Shown here: in pieces, positions 53,411-64,000 of the stretch | Numbering within the stretch: the first letter of the stretch is position 1 | How the letters are laid out: each line of letters opens with the position of its first letter | Assembly (NCBI RefSeq): GCF_042242105.1 | Contig: NC_092013.1 | Location: 6,944,001 to 7,008,000 of the forward strand | DNA length: 64,000 nt | Reading direction: 5' to 3' | Source: Pempheris klunzingeri | Lineage: Eukaryota | Program-made: the position numbers and the translations under genes | The notes under the pieces: model-generated | The model's database searches: none | Told to the model about the DNA's origin: nothing | The model's input: the letters and a program-made list of their open reading frames with translations, nothing else

Positions 53411-54297
53411 TCAAATACATGTACAGCTCCAGTGCTATGGATGTACTTATCTAATGACCTTGTACACATAGTAAAGATATCCCCATTTGACACAGCTAAT
53501 TGGTCGACGTGTCAGAGGATGTTTAGCGGCTTAGGAAATCACATCTGCCCATTGATTTCTCCCCACTACACCCCCTCCATCACACATTGTATTGCTTAAT
53601 CCAGTCTACAACTCTATTGTTGTGAATCCTCAATGGATCCTCAGGCAGAGGAGGAGGCGAGCAAGAGAGAGAGAGAGCGAGAGGGAGATCGAAAGAGGAG
53701 AGAGAACAAGCGATTAAGAGGCACTTGGGATGGGGAAGGTAAATTAGAGACTGCGGGTTTGTGTGTGTGAGAACAAGAATCAGACAACAGCCTGGATGCA
53801 ATCAGAGAGATTGGGATGCAGAGGAGAGGGCAGAGTGGAGAATGCAGCCGTGCACGTCCTTGTGCTGAAGCATACTAAATGGCAGGAGGTTGTCATGCGG
53901 CAGTATGCCTTCACATGCTAACTGTGTCATGCTACTCGCGTTGGTGCTGAGCTGCTGTGCCAGCTGAAGCGTGCGAGGTTGTGCTGTGGCATCTGCTCTC
54001 AGCTTTAAGCTTGTCTGCCCTCTGGTTAATCAGGAGAGTTTCTCTGTCTTTCTGCTGCTGCACTGAATCTTCAGATACTTTTAAAACCCACTTTTAGGTT
54101 CATAGAGGATACTCGCACACACCTCACACACATAACAGGCACTTGAAAAGCTCAGCTTGTCATCTAAGTGCATGTTAAATGATGCTTGTGTCAGTGAATG
54201 TAAAAACGCATTTCATCATGTACAGGTACAGTTAGAACTAGTTTAACCTTTGTAGATGCTGTTGATGGCAAAATGATCAGTCTAATAATTCAAAAAT

Positions 54298-55337
54298 AAA
54301 GGTTATTTCATCCAAATCATCTCCATCTATGTGGTTAGTTGTTGTGTGGAGGCCATTTTCATCTGTAGGAATTAGTGAAAAAGCTGAAAACTGTCAACAG
54401 TGAGTTTCCCATCTTGCATTGATGGATGGAATATGGTTTCAGTCAAAAACGTCTCTTTCACATGAAGACCTTTGTGGTTCGGAACATGTTTGTCATTTTA
54501 AAGATGTATTGCCATGTGAATTGAAGGCATCTTAATTTTAACCCGTACGAACTCTGACCCTTTTCTCTTTTAAGTAGAATTATGGGGGATATAAAACAGA
54601 CTAAATGAACCACAACGAACACATTTCCAAACTTATTTTTGATATACAAGCCCTACTGTCCAAGATCTGAAATGTTAAATATATGTCACAGCATTACTTT
54701 TCAAAGTTGTTTCATATCAACTTTGTCATAAAATATGGTCAGGACAGGTTAATAGTAATCTAGGACAGTATTAGAGTTGTTAAATTGTTTGAAACTAGAA
54801 AACAAGCAACTTAAAATCAGCTAGTTGTGTCACAGGTTTTAATCAGGCAGCCCAACAAAATGGTGTCCTGGGAACACAGACTGACACTGGGTCACATGAC
54901 TGCACCAGGATGTTTAGTAGCTATCACCGAGGGACTTCTTGAGTTAAATTCAAGGGTAAAGCTGTTTAGGGACATTTCCAGAATATTTAAAAGGTCTGTG
55001 TCACCATGGGTTCTTATGGATTAAGGGAGACTTGCATTATAGATTTTTGATTGAGACCATATTGCACCTATGAAATGAGCCCTTCATAAGATGGATTAAG
55101 TGCCGCACAGCCAAACAGCACCTGCATGTAACCACCACAAACACCCAGCAGCGCTTCCACGCCATTATCTTCAGTGTCAACAGTGAGAAAATGATTTATG
55201 GAAAGAAACTTCTTTAGTTTTTCAATGATTTGAGCATCAAAAATGTGAAACTTAGACAGATAACACAAAAACTGTTCCACCAGGGTTAAGTGGGATTTTT
55301 TTTTAAAAATTTTGTGATTTGGATGAAATGACCCTTT
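54298..55337. mobile_element. Inverted pair of DNA-transposon-like termini (one ~1 kb element or two related MITE remnants)
   Basis: AAAGGTTATTTCATCCAAATCA (54298-54319) versus the reverse complement of 55315-55337, AAAGGGTCATTTCATCCAAATCA. Confidence 0.55.
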
Positions 55338-58042
55338 GAGTTTTCTTTCTGCTTCCATTTCATAGAGACACAATCCACCATGACGGCCACTATGACAAAT
55401 GTCCACTTACACACAGAGTCTCTTTAAGCTGCCAGTGCTGTTGCTATGGAAACGCAGTTTGTCCGGTTCATATACAAATAAAGCCTCTCTTTTTTTTTTT
55501 TTTTTGCGACCTTGGCTTGCTGGCCGAACTTGTCGGTCTATATACTCCAGCCCCCGCTGCATCGTGGTCTGCAGTTAGTCACAAACCTTCAGCTGGTTTC
55601 ACAAACACATAAAAGGCTTGTGTTGCATCATCATACTCAGGTAAGCTTCAGGTGATGTCACATCCTTTCTTTACTTCCTTCATGTCTCGCACGAACACAG
55701 CAGTGCTCGGTCTTATGAACTGCTAATTCACACACCTTTCAACCTCTCACACTTAAGCTGCGTTAAGATGCACACTAACAATGACGCACATATTCACACT
55801 TCATTCACACATTCATCCTTGCAAAGTTCACTTATCTGTGTAAATTAGTGTTTTTCAGAACTCATACATAAGTTTTATAGTCTTACATCAGTTGACCATC
55901 CTGAATAGATCAGACGTCTTCTTGTGGGGGGAAATGTTGCTCCACTATGCCTCCACTTTGAAAATAACAACACCAGAGAAGAAAAGTGTTCTGATTTTTC
56001 ACAGACACTGAATTCCCTAACTGTTTGTCCCACAGGCTGAATCTTTAACATGCTAAGCATCACGCAGATAACTTCAAAGAGAGACACAATATTTTGTATC
56101 AAATGGCTGATTTTTGCCAATGATTCACGAACAGATGTGTTTGTAGCATAATATGCACCAACATTAGAACATTTTGTGGTATTTTTTCCTCCCGATAGAT
56201 CTGTCAGCTATGAATGATAAGTTATGATGACGACTTATCATATCAGCAAAAGCATCAAAACATCCACAGAAACTTTTCAAATCACTCCATAATCAACTTC
56301 ACCTCTGTCCATTCATAATCCTCTGCATGTCTACTACCACATCAATGCTTAACAACATACGGCTATAGGTTTAGTTTGATGCTAGTGCAGTTAGCTGTTA
56401 GCTGTTAGCAGTGGAAACTAAACTTGTGTACATTGGGTCCGATTGTTTCTTTAAATGCAGGGGTTTTCCACACAGGATGCAGACTGGAAATCAGCAGAAC
56501 CTTCACAAGGTGCATAGGGAAGAGGCCATGCGCTCTCAATGGCCACTTTCACACCATTATTACTCCTCGCTGTCTGTGTAAAATGTACTTTGACAGAATG
56601 TGGGGGGGCGGTTGTTTTTGTTCCACGTTTGAACCTGAGGTAAAGCAGAGGTAATAACAGAGATGAATCAGCATTTATGCAAAAAGGGGAAACCGGCAGG
56701 ACGTGATGCCACTAGACATCAACGCTGTTGTGTTACACATCACACCTTTTTTGCTTCCAGAATGCTGCATAGAGAGGCGGCATTGTTGTTTGCATTGTTT
56801 GGTTCAATATGGAAAAGCTGGCAAGTCTTTTTTTTTTTACAGCAATCTTGTGCAAACTCTGAGTAAGAAGGGCTGCTGATAGGAGTGAACTCTCAACGGC
56901 ACCCAAACTACTGTTGGAAATAACAGCAGGAGGTATTACAGCGCCGTGTGTGTGAATGTGGGTGTGTGTGTGTGTGTGTGTGAGTGAGGTCACTGGGAGA
57001 AAGGTAGAGAGACAAACAGCAGTCATATATCTGGGTCATGTGCGGCGTGTGCCAAGGTTAAAGGCCCTGCCAATGGCGAGGCTGCCCTCGCACGTGTTCT
57101 GCCTAGAAACAAAGTGTCTGTGCATGTTTGTGTGAGCCCGGTGCAGAGCTGGTTAGACAGACTCCCGAGCTGCCTGTCGGTGTGAGAAGCATGAAGTCAT
57201 GGTGCATCAATCAGCAACCTGCCGTCTGAGGTGCCAGAACTTCAATTGTACCTGGAGTGCTGGGAACTGCTGAGAGTGCACTTCATACCTGGTTTAACAC
57301 CCTCTCCAAACCCCTCAAAGAGACTCAGTTTACAGATGTTGTCTAAAAACAAGCCTGGCTTGCTTGTTTCCAGTAAACTTCACTTAGCGCAGAGATCCCT
57401 GCTGCTCCCATTCATTTGCGCTGTGTTTCCTAATAAAAGGGGAAACGGTTCAGAGCGTGGAGTGAATCATTTGACTCTGCATGTGTCCTTTGAGATAACG
57501 TACCATGGTTATACCAGAAATTGTCTTGTCTTTAGAAGAGAGAGGGGAGGGGGGAGGGTGTGTATGTGGTAGGAAATGAAGAGAAATAATAAGCTCTCTG
57601 AAGTACACAGCGTACAGTTGCACATGTCTAATTTCAGGGTCAGAGGACAAATTGCACAAAATGCTTTTCTTCACACTTATTTCTCTGTCACGCACACACA
57701 CACACACGCCGGACCTACACAACAGCACACGCAGCTAAAACATTTTGGATTTGTTGGTGCCCCTTGTCTTTGTGTATGTGGAAATCTACCTCTTACATTT
57801 TCCCTTTGATGACCTTTTCCTTTTGATCTGTGTTCTGCTATATTTTTTTCCCTGTACAACAAAAAGCCACAGACATGATTGATAATGCATGCATGCTCCG
57901 CTGGCTGCTGGCATATTGCTTTGATCTCCGTCAAAACTGAACGAGAAGAGCTGATAAAATGTAGGGCAAGACTTGTTCTGCTGGGTTAAAGGGAACTAGT
58001 GGTGCTTTGAATAAACGGCGAGACCCAACTGCTGGATTGCTG

Positions 58043-58047
58043 ACACA

Positions 58048-58078
<31 letters not shown>
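58043..58078. repeat. (AC)n microsatellite
   Basis: Seen directly, with one interruption. Confidence 0.9.
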
Positions 58079-58081
<3 letters not shown>

Positions 58082-60637
58082 TGGAAATCAAAGCGCTCCA
58101 AATCCGCCTGAAATTATGATCTCAGTCGTTCTCCTAAGAGCGGCATTGGCATCTCCTTCACTCCAATGGGAATAGCACCGACAACCTCTGGTTCCTAACT
58201 CTGCTAACACAAAGAAGAGTGGGATCTGACAAGAGATTGTGGAGCGCTGACATCTCCTCTTGTACGCGCTGCATATAGACTGGATCTAAAGTTCTGTGAC
58301 AGCTTTGGCCTTTCCATAAGGGGCTTCAAAGCCAAACAGTCAGAACACACATACACAAGCGTACACAGCATCTCTCATGCGCTCTCTTTGTCTCTCTTTT
58401 CCTCTCTCCCTCTGTCTAACAGCGCCGCTAGAACATGCATGTATTATTCATTTAGCAACTAGCAGGATGTGGGGCCTTGTCAAGAACTGAACCCACCGCA
58501 GCGGCGAGGAGAGCGGAGAGCAGCGGAGGGGGATGGGAAGGAAGAGGAGAGGAGAAAGAGTGACGAAGAGAAAGAAAGATGGAGAGATGTTTTATCTGGA
58601 GGGCCAGTAACTGCAGGTCTAGAAACAGTGAAAAAAAACAAAAAACAGACATTACAGTAATGTCCAGGAGCAAGATAACTGTCATATGTCTCCTGTTGGG
58701 AGCCGACACACCCACTACTTTAAGAGCAACATATCCCTACTCTTCTTTTTAAGAGGGAGTTGAACCAACAACCCCTCACCACAGCTGTCTCTACGCTGGG
58801 AAATTACTATTGAAGTCGAGGGTGGCTTCTCGTCTTGCAACGGCGTCACCAAAGCTAAGTCTAAGTGGAATATTTAAACTCTCAGCCAGCTGAGATTGGC
58901 TCCTCTGTCTCCCCTGGCCAATCTTACACCTCAATCAGGCTTGCATTTTCTCCCCTCTCTCAGGCTGTCACTCAAGAGACATTTGTGGTTGAAAGAGTCG
59001 TAACACTCGGTCAGAATAAGCCATTACTCTGAAGATGGGTTTGCAGGCTCCCGGTAGGAGAGGAGGCGGGTGGAGAGGGGATAACGGAGAGGAAAGAAAG
59101 TGAGGAGAGGGATGCGGACGGGTGAAAGGGGGGAAGAGGGATGCAGGGGATGGTAGTAAAGGGTCAGACAGAGGAAGGTGGAGAGGGAGAATGATAAAGA
59201 AACAGGTAAGGGAGCAACACCAACTCCTATATGTGGATGGAAATGATGAAAAATTGAGCCAGAGGGAAAAGGAAAATTAAAGTTGGGCTATATACACACA
59301 GGTTTATATGGGCTAAATCTCAGAGGCATGCCCACATGCTTGTGTGCAGTGAGCATATGAGCAAAGGGTGCAGAGGATAGAGGGCAGATAAAGGCCGTGT
59401 TGTAGTAATGTGACGGGAGATAGCAGACGTATTATTAAGTTTAGGGTTGATGAAGGTCAGTTATTCCGTTTGCTGCCGTTGAGATATTACACATGATTAA
59501 TTTCATCTAATAACATCTGCTGGGATTTTGTATTCCGGTTTTCTATTGCACTGGAATTCAGTACAGACCTGTAGTGATGAGCCAATTTCGCACACCTGCC
59601 TGTGCTCCTCCGCTTTAATCAATATTTTCATATTAACAGCGGATCAAGTGACCATGTGTAATGTGAAAGGTCCCACTCGTAGTCATGGGCGTCGCCTAGT
59701 TACAGTTAACAGTGGGGGTGCATAATTAGCGACGGGCAATGGGAGGTATGGCAAGAAAATTTTCATTTGATTAACAACCGAAAAAGCCATTTCCTACAGA
59801 GTCTTAAAGCACGACCAGGAAAGTTGCTCTTTCACTGTAAAACTCAGTTTATATTGCACCATAAAAGATTAGTTTTTCATTGTCTTCTAGTTTCAGCAGT
59901 GAGCGACCGACTAAACGTTGTCTCAGAGTGTACGTAATGCATATATTTCTATGCATTATAGCTATGCGACATATGCGACATATTTCAACTCAAAACCAAG
60001 CTTTTGTCGTGTTTTGATCTGATTCAACATCATGGGCATTTCATATTCTAATCCTCAATAAACTTGGAAAGTAAAAATCTTAAAGAATACTTGCCAAATC
60101 CTAACCGGTCATACACACGATGTGTGTGCAATAAATAAAGTATCGACTTTGCTGCTTTACATTAATGAGTCAAACCCCAGTTTCCAAGGTGAGAGTCGTA
60201 CTTTTGATCCTTTCACCCACTAAATGAATTTGCTGACTAAACTTCCTGAGGTCTTTCTAGCAGAAAGCCAGGAAGGTAAACTTCTTCATGCTCAGTGATT
60301 GAAAACCAAACACACAGATAGTGTATCTTTCTTTAGTTACGCTAGTTAAACCAAACGGAGTATTTCAGTAGGTTGTAACATGTCCGACACAGACAGTCCC
60401 CTGTTGTGTGCAAGGACTGTGTGGTTGTGTGCTACGCGTGTGAAAGGGAAAGGGATGTGCGGATCTGATTCTCTGGGAATTGCTCGCAGTTTATATGAGA
60501 AATCGGCTTAGGTAAGGACGAGAAATGTGATTTTTAATTCACATACTTCATGCTCCCCTCGGTGCAGCCGCTCGGCCTGCTCCGTTGCTCCTATGCGCGT
60601 AGTAACAATCCCACAAAGAAATTGCAGTTCTCCTCAC

Positions 60638-60712
60638 CTTTGGTTTTATGGTGCACAGGTTTGAGTCACTGCTTGCTCAGTGCTTTCATTGGTGTCGTTT
60701 CCAGGTGTCCAC
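60638..60712 (-). other. Candidate 75-nt spliced exon with stops in all three frames
   Basis: Branch point TAACTAAC (60750-60743), a pyrimidine tract, acceptor CAG|G at 60713/60712 and donor AAG|GTGAGG at 60638/60637. Confidence 0.55.
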
Positions 60713-63439
60713 CTGTCCGGCAACAAAAGGGAGACAGAGAAAGTTAGTTATGTGAGTGTTTGGTTTACATCTAATTACAACGGCCCCTAAGTGGCTGAAA
60801 AAATCTACTATTTAACTAAACATTTAGTGAATTTGTAATTAACAAAACAGCAGATTTGAGAGGTTGGAAGTGAAACGTTTTATCCCAGTTGTATCAAAAA
60901 ATACATGGCGGCAGAAAGCAATGTATGCACCACTCGTTTCCACTTAAGTGAAAAGAAAACAGCTTACCCTCAAACCAATCTAAAACACAGACTGATTTAT
61001 TTTGCCGATACAGATGTTCTAATATAGTGCAGGCAGTAACATGAAAACATAAACAGGAAAGAAGAAAGGAGGAGCAGCAACGCTTAGACCAGAAGTCGTC
61101 ACTTGCAATCAGCCTGGTTCCCCTGACAGACGACATGTGAGCAAACAAGGGCCAGCGCTGCAGTGAGGAAAAACAGGACCCAAGGGAGGGCCCGACCCCA
61201 AACCATGTGGCCCACCCTGACCCGCCGCCACTGAGAGCGAGGGCACGTCAGCACAATCACATTATGCTAGATAAATGCCCAGCCTGCGCCAAAATATGTG
61301 TGGCTTCTTTATAACAGAAGGCTGCCACATGGCCCAATTTAGAAAAACACTAACTTGTGACTCTGAAGATAACACTGTGTGTATGGAGGGTGCATGAGTG
61401 TGTGTGTGTGTGGCACCAACACATGGTTATTATGCCCCCGAGCAAGGCTGAAGACAGCTGCACAGTTGTGAAGACAGTAAAGAATAGAGGGGCCTACTGA
61501 ACGTGATTTCTCTACACTGCATGCTCATAAAAAGCTGCCTGGTGGCCTGAGAGAGCCTTGAACTATACCAGCGACAGACACACTGTGTGATACAATACAT
61601 TAATAATTTTTAGTGCCTTTTTCCCCTCTTCGTAAAGAGCTTAAGCTGGTGTACGAAGTGACATTTATCATCGTACAGCACATTGCAGCATCGCACTGCA
61701 TGTGTCGTTTAAACTACCATCGTTGGCTCCGAAGGCCTCGCATGTGAAATTGTTGTGTGATGAACCACAAATGAGTTGAGGTGAGAAGCATTACAGACCC
61801 TCCAAAGCCTGTTCAATCAACTGCTCCCTTCAGAACAAACTGGTTTGCTTTCAACTGTTAATCTTGCCCTCAGAGTAAGCGAGAGTTGTTGGCATGTTGG
61901 CAGGTGTCATTACCCATCAGCCCATGGGCGCGAGGGATTCACAAACAGGAAGTGATGATATTACGCTTCTTCCCCCCAGGCTGTGGATTCCTGTCAGGTC
62001 TGCGGGAACGCTGTTATTATCATTACAAAAGAGCCTGTTTGTTCATCAGCTCCAGCAGCTGCAGCGATTACTATTACACAGTGAAGATTAAAACAAGAGT
62101 CACCAACATTTTTCATAACCCTCTGTCTACTGTAATAACCCTTCTCTTGAATCTAGAAGAATTTTATACATTTAATTCTATTTTTGAGTAGATTTTGGGA
62201 GATTAATATTTTGGATGAAGTGAGGAGAAGCGAGAAGTGATTTCCCCCGAGGTGAAGCTCCAGGCTGGAGGAAGGAGCGCCGCCGGTTGATTACCCCGGC
62301 TAGAGTGAGCCGTGTGTGGGGAAGCGAAAAACGGAGGAGCCCCCTCCATGGGCTCCAAGAAAGAGATCCATACTCTGGGAATAAGTTAATCCCATAATGA
62401 CTTCCGAAGATGGCAGAGTCGTATCGGCTTTCGTGGCTCGGATAAGAAAGAGGAGAGGAGAGAGAAAGAGGCAGGGCGAGGAAGAGGGATGAAGAAGTTT
62501 GAGAAAGAGGAGGGAGAGCTGGATAACTCCTGTCTACCCTGGGGCAGTGTAATTATATCTGAGGGTGAGATAAATGTTCCTTTAAACACACTACCTTGCA
62601 TACACACACACACACACACACATATGCACACAGGTAACGCATGGATGTTCCAGACCTTGGGCATTTCTCCACAAGTCTCCAGCTGAGTGAGTGATTTCTC
62701 TAAACTGCACCCTTGGGCCAGCATATGACCATAAGCCAGCTTGTCAGGAAAGCGACACACACATTTGGTTAACTTCCCAGTGCAGAAAAACACACACACT
62801 CACACACATAAGCAATTTGGGGAGTGTGGGCCAGCAATGGTGTGAGAGGGAAATGGGTGATAAAATCCTCATTTTCCTTCATTGCCGGGTCGTTTGTCTT
62901 CGTCTCACAGGTGGCTCGCCAGTCATGGAAATGCTGGCCGGCAACCGAGAGCTGAGTCACGTCAGGCGTTCATCGATCACTCGACTGTTTACTGTTACTC
63001 TCACTCGCTCTTTCGTTCTTTCTTTCGTGCCCTCTGTCCAGTTATCCCTCTCTTCACCTTAATCTCTCGCTCACATAAAGTCAGCGGGTATGCAGTTTGA
63101 CCCCACACAACCTCTCTTTATTTCTCTCCTCCGCACTCTGTAATTAATTTTTCTTACAGGATAAAAACGTTCATACAATGGAAGGGTATATTGATGGATG
63201 TTTTTCAGATAAGTTCAAGGACTGGACCCAGTGTGAACAGCCAAAGACTAACGTTGTAAAGGCAGCCGAGGAAACAAGTTTTTTTCTCAGTAGTGAGAAA
63301 ACTCAGTAGAGCAGCCAACTTTGTTAACACTGAAAATGTCTCTAGCTTGAGAAGTTGCAGCCTCGTCTTGTCTCTTTAAAGAAAATCAACAGAATAATAT
63401 GTTGATGAAATTGAGCGCACGCTAACGAACCATAACTCA

Positions 63440-63763
63440 GCACAGGAGGCCTGACAAGTTTTAGGTTTCTCTAAATGTCAAAGTCGTGTGCAAGTGGTAT
63501 ACAAAGGTTTTGTGCACAGAGGTGTGATTTGCACAGGTTTCATAAAGTCTGAGAGCTGATCACACAAGTTTCCGATCTGTGTATGCGACAAGTTACAAGC
63601 TACAAGTCACAAGCACAAATTTTGGCCCCACTTTAAAGTTCATGCTCATAGCTTTTTTACACGGGCAAACTAAATCTCTGTGCACAAAACGTCTTCACAT
63701 ATGCACAAAATAATTCTACGGTTTGCAAAATATCAATATTAAACACCCTCATTTGCATCCATA
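63440..63763. mobile_element. Palindromic MITE-like remnant
   Basis: Perfect 15-bp inverted pair GTTTTGTGCACAGAG (63507-63521) and CTCTGTGCACAAAAC (63676-63690), with several GCACAA/ACAAG sub-repeats. Outer limits approximate. Confidence 0.5.
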
Positions 63764-64000
63764 TGCTTTTGCCTCCTCCTGTCCAGGAATGACTATGAGT
63801 TTTGAGTGGTAAATCTGCCACTGTTATCATTGTAAACTGCTTATGTGATGTAGGAGAGCGGAGAGCTTTGGCTTATTCTTCTGCTGAATTTCACTTGAAT
63901 CAGTTTTTGAACAGTTTGATATACTTTTCCTCCCTCCAGCACAGAGTCTAATGGCTCAAAACTGGAAGCAGCCTGTGACAAACAAATAAAAAGAGTTCAA

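Noticed and set aside
1..64000. CRISPR arrays, operons, rRNA, snRNA or miRNA genes, intact transposase or RT genes
   Set aside because: No repeat-spacer periodicity, recognisable structural RNA or intact mobile-element ORF was seen by eye. An Rfam/Dfam scan would be needed to exclude small RNAs.

Overview
This is vertebrate genomic DNA, most likely from a teleost fish (inferred from the CA/GA microsatellite load and the style of short transposon remnants), and almost all of it is non-coding. The only convincing protein-coding sequence is the first coding exon of a Plexin-A1 gene (plxna1; a/b paralogue not resolvable) on the minus strand. Its CDS runs 2976..1795 (signal peptide plus most of the Sema domain) inside an exon at 3248..1795, and the gene continues off the left edge. 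About 35 kb of 5'-UTR intron separates this exon from a CpG-rich promoter/first-exon region at ~38560-39310. The remaining ~25 kb upstream holds repeats, candidate enhancers and at least one well-formed non-coding exon. There is a 200-N assembly gap at 6918-7117. I found no evidence of a new multi-gene system. The best leads are a uORF-rich plxna1 leader, a possible spliced minus-strand transcript near 58.5-60.7 kb, a possible truncated read-through plexin isoform, and an inverted-repeat element carrying a tRNA-Glu-like module.
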